Of a stretch of DNA of 64,000 nucleotides, positions 35,786 through 48,493 are shown piece by piece. Position numbers and translations under genes: made by a program. Source of the DNA: Albugo candida (taxonomy: Eukaryota); assembly GCA_040437565.1 (NCBI GenBank), contig JBDOQK010000025.1, forward strand, positions 62,001 to 126,000, read 5' to 3'. Numbering within the stretch: position 1 is the first letter of the stretch; every line of letters starts with the position of its first letter. The notes under the pieces were generated by a model. It did not search any database. It worked only from the letters and a program-made list of their open reading frames with translations, and was not told the DNA's origin.

Positions 35786-37423
35786 TCAGACAGACGCCAA
35801 CGAAATACTCTGAGCATCAGACGTTGTGATGGGAAAGTTGAAAACTGAGCTCACTGGATAATGATCCGATAAGTCGGTCAGTTCCATACGGTCTCTAAAT
35901 CGTTCTATGATGAATGAGGAGATCGCCCATTCTGCGATAAATAGCTTGACTGTATTCGTAAATGCTTGAATTGTTGGCTGGCCCACTGGTTGTAAATATG
36001 GCCCTACGAATCAACAGCATTCAACTGGAGAATGAGAAGAATGCTATTTCTTTACGCCATACCTTCCGCATGGAGAACATAATCAAGCCATTCTTTGGGA
36101 CAACATGGACAATAACATTTTTCCTGACCAAAAATATCTCAGCTAAGTGTTCATAGGTATATTGCCAATTTACCGATCCACATGGTTGTTTGGTAGCTTC
36201 AGAAGGATGATAGGTTTTGCTCTATCAAAATCTTTTAGACATTGGAGCCACGAAAAAAAAAAACATTTCGTACCTCTTTTATACCCCAACTAGCAACGTA
36301 TGAGTTGGCACAACCACCACTAGAAGCAGCTCCATCACGTCCAACAAGTACATTTGCTCGTGGGCTAGGATCGAAGTTAATAGAGTAAGAATTAGACGAC
36401 TAAAACTTACTCGCTCGTGTATTCAACTTGACCAATCCGAAGCGGGACTTTGCCACCCAATATCTTGACCAAATTGCTGACTTCTTCGGGATAGGTTACA
36501 TTATCGACATTAAAATCGCCAGCAAATAGCACCGGCTAAAACAGTCAAAGAGCTGTTATGAATTGAAACTACAGTCAATAATCCGATGTTGCTTACTTCA
36601 TGATTCGGAATGTTTTGCTCTTTCACAAAGTCCCGCATCTATTTCATAGCATACACGTAAGCACCCGTGAATGATAGACTACAAAAAGATAGAAACCTGT
36701 TCTGCCTGCTTCGCTCGAACTTGACGGCCTTCTTCTGTCGACCATGCCTGTAAATGCGTCGCAAATATATTAAAGTATTTGGTAACTCCTCCTTCTTTTT
36801 TAACGATTCGAGCATACTTGACCCCTTTTGCTGCCAAGCAATCAGCGCCATGACAAGCATTCTTGTAGACAATGTGTTTTTCTACGGTTATTTTCCATCG
36901 TGATACTATCCAAACACCGCCATTCGTAATGCTACAGAGCTTGTGAGCATTGAGATTTGGCTTCCGCATGCATACTGACTACCTAGTGAAGGAGTATGGA
37001 TCCGATAGAACTTTTGTGGAGTACGGGAAACCGAGATCAGTGAAATTCTTTGCCATCTTCTCGAACTGGTCCTTTTTAAAGACTTCAGCGAAAGAAATCA
37101 CATCGATGGGAATTTGAAGATCTGGAGCATTATCTATCAAGGATTGGGGAATTCGCTCCAAACGCTCCTTTTGGCCGTCCAGAGAGATGAGTGGAGTACG
37201 TCCAAAGGCATTATACTACAAAAATCAAGTGAGCTAACAAACTGTATAGTCAGATGTTTGTATTGCATGCCTGAATGATGCGCATTGACATTGTATCCGG
37301 TTTTATATTTTGGGATGTTGTTATTGGCGAATATAAAGCGATTATAGAGGTTATAATTGCAGTGAAGACACCTGATTTGCGATAACGCGCCTGCAATTGA
37401 GGAAGCGTACGCGCACACTTCAT
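35786..37423 (-). CDS. Endonuclease/exonuclease/phosphatase-fold enzyme resembling bacterial-type neutral sphingomyelinase, with N-terminal signal/anchor; multi-exon
   Basis: Spliced motifs MRIIQ|YNAFGR, DVISFAEVF, NGGVWIVSRW, ADCLAAKG, FATHLQAW, VLFAGDFNVD, WLDYV, LSDHYPV. Hydrophobic VFTAIITSIIALYS near the start. The 3' end is uncertain. Confidence 0.85.
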
Positions 37424-37790
37424 TGGGTCTAAGGGTAAATGAAAAGTAAGGAAAGTCTGACACAGAAAGAAGGACAATCGGCATCACAGCTGCTTGTGGG
37501 AGCCAATCATAAGAAGCTAGGAATGCCTTTAGTAAGTATTACAGCCAACCAACTGGCAAAATCTCGGATCGTGGATAGGCGAGCTGTCTGTTTTTTCCAT
37601 TAAGGTTTATAAGAACCAGCTTGAAATTTAGTAATCTCGGATAAGCCCCTCTGCCAGACTTCTCGAGCCATGACATCTGAGTTTGTGTAGAATACGAATG
37701 CACGCAAACTGATGCGTGCAAAAGAAATACGATTGAGACCAGAACATATCGGGATTCTACCGGTTACATATGACTTATTTACTAAAAAAA

Positions 37791-38297
37791 TTACTCCATC
37801 CGTAACGACTCACAGTATTGGTCGATAAGTGCGAATACTCTGTTGATAGAATCTGCTTTGTGCGAGTAAAATAGAAAAACGCCATATGAAACTTTTTGCC
37901 CAATCAAAACACCGTCATCCAGACTTGAAATTGCTATGAACGATGTGAATGAGGCTTGTAACAAATGGAAGCGATGAGAGCCACAAGCAAAAGACGTTTG
38001 TAACTTTTGCTGTGTCACTTTATCGCTTTTGTTGATGGCATGAACATGTATCTTATCAGCCTGTACTATGTCGGGTTCACTGCGGCTCTGAAATGCGCTG
38101 AATATATCTGGAGGATGTATTGCGAAAGTCTCATTGCCAACACTCAAAGCGCAAGGACTGTGTCCCAAGCAACCCACCGCAAACTCGGCCTGCATTTTGT
38201 TATTCAGGTAACATATACCACCGTATAAATCCAAGTACCGACTATAATGAAATACACGCTCAAAGAAGCTGCGCCATTCACGTTCTTGTCGACGCAT
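37791..38297 (-). CDS. 168-aa protein, probable divergent profilin fold
   Basis: N-terminal helix EWRSFFERVF; SFACGSHRFHLLQASFTSFIAISSLDDGVLIGQKVSYGVFLFY matches the profilin beta-strand pattern; C-terminal helix FALIDQYCESLR. Confidence 0.55.
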   Translation of the reverse strand: MRRQEREWRSFFERVFHYSRYLDLYGGICYLNNKMQAEFAVGCLGHSPCALSVGNETFAIHPPDIFSAFQSRSEPDIVQADKIHVHAINKSDKVTQQKLQTSFACGSHRFHLLQASFTSFIAISSLDDGVLIGQKVSYGVFLFYSHKADSINRVFALIDQYCESLRME

Positions 38298-38377
38298 TGA
38301 TATTCTGCCGCTATTACATCTACCATTAACTTTGATGACATATAGGAGTTAACTGTTTTATAACAGGTTCTATATTG

Positions 38378-39896
38378 TTACATATATAGATCGAGNNNNN
38401 NNNNNNNNNNNNNNNNNNNNNNNNNNNNNNNNNNNNNNNNNNNNNNNNNNNNNNNNNNNNNNNNNNNNNNNNNNNNNNNNNNNNNNNNNNNNNNNCATGA
38501 ATTTCGCAATAAAGGCTTCAAAATGAAAAATATCTTTGGAGCCACGCTGCATTCGATGTTCATAAAATGCAGCCCACTGCATTAGCTCATGCTTTAGATC
38601 GTCGTCGAGGCGAACCATGAGTTCTCTACATAAAACCTGAGCAGCTTTTAGCGTCCTGAATTCTCAACTTTGAATTTGATGAATTGGACTGCAAACCCAC
38701 CTTTAAAATGATCTCTGAAGGTATACAATTGGCCAATAGCTCATAGATCATCTCCCTGGCTTTCATTAGACTAGAGAAACAGCATCATAAATGAAATTTA
38801 CTCGTTCTTTGAAATACACAATTACCCAGCGGGTGATTGCTCTTGCAAGATGACTTTGGATAGAGTGCAAATGTATTCTTCCCATGCCGGCAATTGTATC
38901 TCTTGATCTTCTGCAAAAGGATACCTAATTGAAACATGCATGCAATAAAGTCAATCCTGATCCACTGAGTGAAGACGAACCGTTGAACGTGGCAAGTCTC
39001 TAGTATCAGAAGTGCTCGACGCAAATTTCGGTCGCTTCGCTGCACAATTTTCTGTCCTAATGATGGAAGGTACGAAATGCCTTCATGCTTACAGACAGAT
39101 TCTAAAACACTGCAGATCTGTAGAGATACAAGATTGAGATGCTGTAAGAAACAAGAACGTTCGTACCTCTTTATTTGTCGGCGCGCTGACGCATATCCCG
39201 AGGCAACGACTACGAAGAGGTTCAATAATCTTTGACGAGCTGTTACAGCATAAGATGAGGCGACAAGTTGCAGTGTATTTCTCCATGGTCCGGCGTAACG
39301 CATGTTGGGCGTGCTTTGATAGCCTATCGACCTCCATCAAAAGTACAACTAAAGAGTTTGATAAGGAGAGCCTGTTAGAGTACAAGCTTCTGCATCGGCG
39401 TACCTTTAAATGGCTTCTTCGCTTTCGTGTCAGCGAGATGATACTGCGCGATTTCCTTCAGTACTTCCTGGACGATCAACCGGTCGTGATTATTGACATC
39501 AGAGGGATTCATTTCAATGTGGTAATTGCTTGCTACGGTCGTGATCTCAATTTTGACGCTTCTATCTGGAACCTATAACAGCCAGTGAGTGCCATTCTCA
39601 GTAATATGTGCCTCATATCTTTGACCTTGAAGGATTTGTGCTCTAAACGTTGCTGCAACAATTGTTTGAGTTCTCGTCAACATTCTTACTTTTGCACTAA
39701 CCTTGCGTACACCTTTGCCATACATTGCGTGCAAAAGCGCCATTATTCGGGTCTTTTTGCCAGCGCCAGAGGGACCATAAACTAATAGATGAGGGAAATC
39801 ATCCGATAATGATAGATTTTGAAGCCTTCTTGTGATCTGTGGATGGTAATCCAGTGCATCCAATTCATCTGGACGATATTTATCAACCCAGAGCAT
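38378..39896 (-). CDS. RFC3: Replication factor C subunit 3 (RFC38; yeast Rfc5), multi-exon, a few C-terminal codons lost in the gap
   Basis: [68 protein letters not shown]. Likely stop after LDLYM at 38378. Confidence 0.95.
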
Positions 39897-40253
39897 CCTA
39901 GAGCTTTTACTATGATATAATTGATACTAGAATGATAAGTTCGCATCTTATCACTATGTCCTGGTATATTGGACTATAAATGGTACTGTTCGAGAACTAG
40001 TCTGTAATNNNNNNNNNNNNNNNNNNNNNNNNNNNNNNNNNNNNNNNNNNNNNNNNNNNNNNNNNNNNNNNNNNNNNNNNNNNNNNNNNNNNNNNNNNNN
40101 NNNNNNNNGGTACTGTTCGAGAACTAGTCTGTAATTTATGCAATGTATAACAAGCTTAGATGAGTCTATGCACGGAATGTCTATTAAGCTACATCCTGTG
40201 ACTGATCAAACATCAAATTCTTACATTATAACGAGGTACTCGAGTCACGTAAT

Positions 40254-43168
40254 TCAACTAATCCGAGCATCATTCAATGTTTTCGCTCGACATACACCGA
40301 CTGGAGTTTTAATCACTTGATCTTTGTATGTGGCGATTCCTTCAGCGTTTGTGCGCAATTCAACTGCCACTTTTTCCCAAACCTTCTGTTTTTTGAGTTG
40401 TGCGGCGGAAAGAGGATCACCATTTTCAGTNNNNNNNNNNNNNNNNNNNNNNNNNNNNNNNNNNNNNNNNNNNNNNNNNNNNNNNNNNNNNNNNNNNNNN
40501 NNNNNNNNNNNNNNNNNNNNNNNNNNNNNNCCACTTTTTCCCAAACCTTCTGTTTTTTGAGTTGTGCGGCGGAAAGAGGATCACCATTTTCAGTATCTAT
40601 TACCACACGATCACCAGGTTTTGCGTCCGGTGGAGGTTCCACAAATTCGACTCGCTCATGTGCTTCATCGGAAGCACACAAAACCATCCCAAACGATTTG
40701 AATCCACGCAATTTAGCTGGTTTTAGATTAAGTAAAACCAAAACTTTGCGGTTTTTCATCTCTTCCAATTTGTAGAATTTCCTCAAACCTGATGCAATTT
40801 GTTTGGGTTCGGCTTCTCCGATTTCAATTTCTTCGCAATAAAGCTCGTCTGAATCAGGATGAGGCCATACCTTTGTAATTTGACCAACGCGAATGTCAAG
40901 TGATGCAAATAGTTGCAGATCGTTCTTTTTCGGTTTTGTTGCGACCGAAGCATTTCCATTTGCTTTTTTCTCAAGAGATTGTTCAGCTTGGAGAATCTCT
41001 TCTGCAGTCAGCACTTTCTGGAAAAGTATATCGCCGACAACAACTTTAGTTCCAGCGACGAGATTATCGAATGACGGAGATAATTCAATCAACTTTTGGG
41101 GTGGCGTGCCTAATTTCTCAAATATCTTGTCTGAAGTATTTGGGATAAAAGGCGCCAAGAAATGTGCGATTAAATAAATCGCTTCCAAACAAGTACGGAC
41201 AACCAATAATCGAGGCGCATTCTCAGTCATGTGCCAAGGTGCTTTGTCAGTCAGGTATCGGTTGACGTCACGTAGCGCGTCGACAACGAGAATCACTGCT
41301 ACTTGCAACGCAAAGTCGCGATAGGCAGCCTCAGATTCTGACAGCAATGTGATGAAATCGAAGGGCCTATCGGGACTCAAAGTGTTTGGTACCACTCCGT
41401 CCGCATACTTTTTACAAATATTGACAGTGCGGTGCACCAAATTGCCTAAAGTATCTGCCAGTTCTGCATTGTGAATGTGAATGAGGTCATTCTCTGAAAA
41501 TGGCCAGTCCTGGCCATATCGTGCGGAACGAACCAGAAAATAACGGAAGGATTCAAGCCCAAACTTGTTCATGATGTCATATGGGTCTACAACGTTTCCA
41601 ATACTTTTGCTCATTTTTGATCCATCTTTAGCGTTTACGAATCCATGAGCAAACACACTCTTTGGTAAAGCAATCCCGGTACTCATCAGAATACACGGCC
41701 AAATCACGCAATGAAACCAGGTGATGTCTTTTCCAATGATATGAACATTTGCTGGCCAATACGTTTTCGCTTCAATTTGATCTGGAAATCCGATCGCGGA
41801 TAGATAATTTGCCAAAGCATCAAACCATACATAAAGCACATGTTTCGGATCGTTTGGTAGAGGAACTCCATGCGAGAACGTATTCCGAGATGATGACAGG
41901 TCCTGTAAAGGTTCTTCCAATCTCTTCATGATCTCTTGTCGACGTGTTTCAGGCTGTAGGAATTCAGGATGCGCATGAAGGTGGTCGATTAAGCGCTGCT
42001 GATATTTCGACATTCTGAAGAAATATGATTCTTCACGCATTTTTTTCAGTGGAATTCCCGAAACAGGATCTTTGTACTCACTTTGATGAGCTTCCACTTC
42101 GGTCACAAATACCTCTTCGCGTACATTGTACCATCCTTCATACGTCCCCAGGTATATATCATCTCTATCCAGCGCACGTTGAAAGAGCCACTGGGCAAAT
42201 ACCTTGTGTTTCTCACTCGTTGTGCGTATGAATGATGAATTTGACATGTTTAAATCTCGTGTCAACTGCTCGAAAATGGCTGCATATTTATCACATAATT
42301 CCATCGGAGCAACACCTAATGCGTCCGCTGTTTGAGCGATTTTTTGTCCATGTTCATCCGTACCGGTCAAAAAATACACATCTCGTCCAAACATACGGTG
42401 ATAACGAGCAATTACATCTGCAGTGACATTTTCATACGCGTGCCCCATATGTGGCTGTCCGTTTGTGTAGTGAATGGCGGTCGTGATGTAGAATTTCTCT
42501 CGTGTATCATTGTTCATCTCTATTAGATCATTAAGCTTCTGTTCCAATATACGAATACGAGTATCTTTCTGCTCAATCGCTCGTTCCAGTGCCGCGATAC
42601 GCTGNNNNNNNNNNNNNNNNNNNNNNNNNNNNNNNNNNNNNNNNNNNNNNNNNNNNNNNNNNNNNNNNNNNNNNNNNNNNNNNNNNNNNNNNNNNNNNNN
42701 NNNNGAATTTGACATGTTTAAATCTCGTGTCAACTGCTCGAAAATGGCTGCATATTTATCACATAATTCCATCGGAGCAACACCTAATGCGTCCGCTGTT
42801 TGAGCGATTTTTTGTCCATGTTCATCCGTACCGGTCAAAAAATACACATCTCGTCCAAACATACGGTGATAACGAGCAATTACATCTGCAGTGACATTTT
42901 CATACGCGTGCCCCATATGTGGCTGTCCGTTTGTGTAGTGAATGGCGGTCGTGATGTAGAATTTCTCTCGTGTATCATTGTTCATCTCTATTAGATCATT
43001 AAGCTTCTGTTCCAATATACGAATACGAGTATCTTTCTGCTCAATCGCTCGTTCCAGTGCCGCGATACGCTGCAAAAGAGTTTGCTCATTTTCAGTGCAA
43101 TTTGCCGCCATCCATTCGCTGCGTCGCTGCAATGATTGGAGAAATAGTGGCTTATTTAGACCAATCAT
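40254..43168 (-). CDS. MARS: Methionyl-tRNA synthetase with C-terminal EMAP-II/Trbp tRNA-binding domain (~760 aa after removing 468- and 164-bp gap duplications)
   Basis: FYITTAIHY, HMGH (HIGH motif), FLTGTDEHGQKI, YVWFDAL, IGKDITWFH, KMSKSIGN; C-terminal LDIRVGQI..HPDSDELY..NLKPAKLRGFKSFGMVLCAS. Confidence 0.96.
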
Positions 43169-43331
43169 ATCTTGGCCATACCTGTTTTATCCTGTTACAT
43201 AGATAACTTGCGTCATAGTCTGAATTTGTAATCCGCATTAGCACGTGTATGCAGCTGGGTGTAGATAGAGAAAGCACCTACTGTGGTGGATCAAATCACT
43301 GTACTTTCATGACGAAAAGAAACGAATTGAA

Positions 43332-46289
43332 ATGACATTCCCGCATTCCTCCTCTTCTGTATCGATTCCAGCGTCCAAACCTTTTTTTCTCGAGTCTTCA
43401 CATGAAGTATTTCAATCTTCTCACTATTCGGCATCTCCTCCAGCTGTAAACACAGCTTTTGGCAGTGTTTTAGACCAGTTACATTCCGAACAAAAAAGCA
43501 CTATTGAAGCTCTTACGTACCAAGTCCAATTTTATCGACAGCGCGAAGAGCGGTCCAGAAAAGAAGCCGATACACTTCGAACGTACGATATCTTCCCATA
43601 TTTTCTTGCGAAGCTCACTTAATTTCTCATTTTTAGGCAATTACTCGCGGTAGAATGCGATCAAGACGTCAAAGGCTTACTAGAAAGTATTGCGAGTATG
43701 ACAGATGAGAATAGAAAGCTCGGAGAGCAAATGGATAGCTTACATGCCAAGGAGGAACAGAGGCAAAATGAAGAGAGGGAACTGAAAAGCCAATTGGATT
43801 CTGCTCATGAACAACTTAAAGACGCTAGGAATAAGATGACTGGTTTTCAAAATGCTATGGAACAGCTGGAGTTGAAGCTTCAACGTAAAGAGGCACAGGT
43901 ACAAACACATTGGATGAGCTTAGAGCAAGATTCCCGAACACTAAAGTTGGAATGTGAACGCTGGCAACAAGAAGCAAATAAGTCTTCTCAAAAAGTTTCT
44001 ATGCTCGAAAAAGAACTAGATGCTGTAAAAAAAGAGTACGATTTGCTGCACAACGAGAGAATCAAAACGCAGGCTGAACGGACGAGTGACAGCTCGCGAT
44101 ATTCAAGAGAATTAGGAGCGATAAAGGCAGAACTGGCGGCCTGTGAGGAAGCCAAACGAATCGCTGAAGCAGAATTGACAGATCTGAACTTATCAATGAC
44201 TTCGGAAAAGAGTAAATTGGAATCTGTCATTAGTGAAAACAGACAAGAGCTAGACAGAGTAAAAGAAGCACTCGAGCGCTCTAATGGCATGCTTGCGTTG
44301 CATGAGAAGCGTCTTAGTACTGATGAGGATCGGCTAAAAGAAAGTGAAAGCTCACGGCAAAATCTGATTGCCAAAATTGCCAGTTTGGAACATGAGAAGA
44401 AACACATTAACATGCAGCAACTAAAGCTTGAGAGGGATTTGGAAGTTGCTCAGTCTGAGTTGAAAAGCGCCAAGCTTCGCTTGTCGAGTCGAGATGATAG
44501 CGTCATGAAAACAACTCTGAAGACGGAATTACAATTATTGAAAGATCGAATGCGTCTCGAGATTAAAGCTGAGAAGGAAGAACTCAAACGTCAAAAGGAG
44601 CAATTGGAATGTGATTTGGCCTCATTGAATACTGATCTACGCCACAAAGAGATGAAGATAGGACGTCTGGAAACAGAGATTCATAGTCGCGATGGGCATA
44701 TCAAAAGTATGCAATTTGAAGCAATACAATACCGCGAGAAGCTAGAGATCTCACAGAAGGAAATTGATAGATTGAATGCTCAATTTCTTGAGTATAGAGA
44801 CTGTAGGTCGTCCTTTGTTGAACGTCTTGATAATGGTTTTCGCGAGCTCTTGGATGATCAAGATAGTTTGGAAGCTATCAAACAAGAAGTTTTGTCGTTA
44901 CGGAAAATCAATTCTGAATGGGAACTAAAAATGGCAAGGAATCAAAATCAAATTGATATGTTGGAGCGTGAAAAAAAGCATCTGAAGGCACAGTCGGCTG
45001 AATCCATCGCTGTACTCCAGTCCAAGTTGGAAGCAACCGATCAACAATTACAAGCAAAAGAAGAGAAAATCTCGCAATTGAAGCATTTTTCGAGAAGAGT
45101 GGCATTGATGGAAAAGGAGAAATGTCGACTTGAAGAAGAAATCGCGACTTACGAAAGCGATAAGACCCAACTCGCTGATATCGAGCATCAAAGATTGAAA
45201 CATTTGCAAAATCAATTGCAGCAGAAAGAAAACGAGAAACAAGAACTTTATGATCGCTTATTGGAGCTGCAGCATGTGAAGATGCAAGACGATTGTGCAT
45301 TGAAGGAAGTACGTCGTCAGTGTCAAGAGCGCGAGTTAGAGAAGTTGGCCGCATTGAAAGAAACCGAACGACTCGAAAAAATTATTTCTGATTTGGAAGC
45401 GACAGTTGAACAAACTCGAGAAGCCAATTGCACAATGACGGAAGAAAAAAGCGCCCGCGAAAAGAAATTGTTGCAGGAACGAAAGGAGATGCATATTGAA
45501 ATGCAGGAACTAATTCGTCGCATTGAAGCTGTTGGGAAACGCAACAGTGAGCTTGGAAACAAAGTAACAAAATTATTACAGCAGTCAAAGTCCGATCAAG
45601 CTCAAGTCCTCGCTATGAATACTACTATTAAGAACCACCAAAGAAAATTGAAGCGTTATGAGCAAGATCTAACCAAACTTCAAGCAACACTGACCAAAGA
45701 GACCCAGGCCAAAGAAGACGCTGAGCGAACTTCGCATCAGCTTCGCTCTCTGAAAGAAACGTATCAACATGAATTGAGCCAACTTCGAGCAACGGAAGGC
45801 AATAAACCTGACACAGCACGAGAAATTCTCGAACGAGAGCGTGATCAAGCACTTGAACGAATCAATACATTACTCAACTGTCAAGATCAGATGAAGGAAA
45901 CCGCAGAAAAACATACCACACAGCTGATCGAAGAAATCGAGCAACTACAACAACTTTTGAAGAATGAACGGAAGCGCTCTGAGACACTACATTCAAACGA
46001 GAAGGCTCTCTTACACGATCTACAACAACGGACAGCGGCTTTGGATAAATTGGAACATGCGTATGTGATGTTACGGAAGGAACGCATCGAACGCAAACGA
46101 TCGATACTGATCGAACCGGCTTCTTCAGAACCTCCCATTTACATATCACCGGAATCAGACACAAGGAATCACTCTCCTTCATCGAGTCCAACGGAATCGA
46201 CCCGAAGCCCATACGAAAGTTTGGTATCTCGTGACCTCGCTGTTCTATTATCAAATTTGGAGAAGATGTCGGATAGCACACAAACCTGA
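43332..46289 (+). CDS. Long coiled-coil protein of unknown function (2 exons)
   Basis: A 54-nt GT-AG intron at 43583-43636 joins ORF 43332 in frame to ORF 43698-46289. Heptad-rich E/K/Q/L sequence with a Ser/Pro tail. Confidence 0.85.
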
Positions 46290-47039
46290 CGATCATAGGC
46301 GCGCGACACTGAAGTTACAGGGAGAAGGAATGGGTTATCCAAAGCAGAGATCTGCTCGATTCATGGATTTCTTGCAAGTTCATGGAGAAACTTTGGAGTG
46401 ATTATGTGTTTTTTTACAAAAATCCAACCGTTGCAGCACGCAGACTACCTCAATGATCTCTGGTCTCATAAAGTGAGCTTTCGGCCGTCGACCACTCGGA
46501 AATGATTTCAACGCCAGTAATGCGATCCCTTTAAGCAAACAAATGCGAGCATTTATGAAAAAGTGCATAGTGTCGAGTCGATTTGGTGAGATGGCATCAA
46601 TGACTGTAAATAATACACTGCTTCAGAAAGATTCTCTTAGTATTTTGTATCAGTCAGTCGGAATGCAGAAAAAGACGTTTTCGTTTACATCGTATGAATA
46701 CAGCAATAAGAACGTGATGCACTAATAAGAATGCTTTCGGATCAAACAATAAAATTGCGGGAAGAAGTATTATTGCAGAACAAAGCCATTGAGAGTATCG
46801 TATTCGATACTGACTTTTCGTGTCTACAGATTTGTTACAAAGTGAGCGTTCAAAGGACACGGAAGTGACCAAGTGTGTGCTTTACACAATTGCATTGACA
46901 CATAATACATGCCAGCCTTCACAATGATTGGATGAAAAGGATGGCATTTCCTCCAATCCAGCTGCATCATCATAATTTGTCTTTGTATACTCGCTATACG
47001 CTGTTACCATCACGATATTCGTTTTGAGAGTTGCAAGCA

Positions 47040-48303
47040 ATGATCAGCAGCGAATCAAGTGACGAAGAGCTTCCTCTACGACAAAGAACGCACGCAACGC
47101 CACTAAAGAGAAATACAACGGATACGGGTAAAAAAAGTAACAAGAAAAATAAAGTTCGATCAGAAGCTACCGACAAGAAAACTTCTGATCGGAATACTAT
47201 CAGTAGTGATGTCAAAATTGCACGCAAAGCACTTTGTGATGGGAAAATAGATGCGGATCTGAACACTTCCGTACAGAGAGGTAGAATGCAAACTGTGACC
47301 ATCGCGCTTCCGGGCTCTATTATCGAAAATGCCCAAACAAAAGAGCTGAAAACGTATTTGGCCGGCCAAATTGCTCGAGCTGCAGTTATATACCAAGTCC
47401 ATGAGATTGTTGTATACGACGATCATCTTGGTCAGAAATCTTCTGAAAGTGGTCCTCAAGCGTCAGAGACTATCCAGCGAGATGCGTACGATTGCCACGT
47501 ATTCCTAATGAGAATCTTGCAATATCTGGAAACGCCACAATATCTTCGTAAACAGCTTTTTCCCAAACATACAGACCTCAGTTGTGCCGGCTTACTGAAT
47601 CCATTGGACATTCCACATCATGTACGATCGACAGAACAAAGCGTTTATAGAGAAGGAGTGGTATCCGATCGAATGCTGAGAGAAAAAGAAGGATCGTACG
47701 TGTACGTTGGACTCCAAAAAGAGGTTCGAGTCGATAAACGTATCCATCCTGGCATTCGTGTGACTGTCAAGTTGGACCAAACGACAAAACATTCGAAGAA
47801 ATGTAAGCTTTCTCAATCGATGGAAATGCTTATACGTGTACTGACACCTATGAACAGTGTTAGGAACACTTGTATCTCCACTAGAACCACGACAGAAAAC
47901 TGGGATCTACTGGGGATACAACTGTCGATTTGCTTCATCGCTTCGACATGTATGGCAAGAATCTCCATTTGAAAATGGTTATGATCTTAAAATTGGAACT
48001 TCGGAACGCGGTAATAAATCCACAAACGACTCAACATTCTCCTTACCAGCTTTCAAACATGCTTTGATCGTGTTTGGTGGAGTTGCTGGAATTGAAGAAT
48101 GTGTGGGCAGCGATGAAACGATAGCGCTTTCAGGTGAAGAGAGTCATAAATTGTTTGACATGTGGGTGAATACATGCCCCTCCCAAGGAAGTCGGACCAT
48201 CCGGACTGAAGAAGCAGTACTGATATCGCTCTCTGCATTGACGCCCCACCTACGCACGTCTGCTGAGAGCCCAGAAACTGTACTGGGAGCTTTGGGAGTA
48301 TGA
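47040..48303 (+). CDS. SPOUT1: SPOUT-family methyltransferase (C9orf114/CENP-32), 2 exons
   Basis: TVTIALPGSIIENAQ, YLAGQIARAA, LQYLETPQYLRK, AGLLNPLDIPHH, IGTSERG, LIVFGG, QGSRTIRTEEA. Intron at 47803-47857. Confidence 0.95.
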
Positions 48304-48493
48304 GATGTGCTCATGTGCAATGACTTTCCAGTATGGTATCACTACATTGCTCCGAGTCACGACGTAGAAATCCGCTTTTTGCGCGTTTCACAAGTAGGCG
48401 CATTGAAAGTCTATAGAGAAAGCGAGTGATCGCAACAAGAAAAGCTATTTTGCCATACATTTATGCCACTTATTCGATCGCAGTCTAATCGTC

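Noticed and set aside
42237-43072. Duplicated HIGH-motif N-terminus in MetRS
   Set aside because: Exact 468-bp-offset duplicate at a gap; assembly artefact.
46380-47010. Possible small spliced membrane-protein gene (faint PIG-H resemblance) on the minus strand
   Set aside because: A hydrophobic stretch is present, but I could not build a consistent spliced frame and the similarity is too weak.
22752-48303. Functional 'spindle cluster' (XMAP215, SPOUT1/CENP-32, coiled-coil protein, kinesin)
   Set aside because: Interspersed with unrelated genes, the kinesin is a pseudogene, and there is no evidence beyond coincidence.
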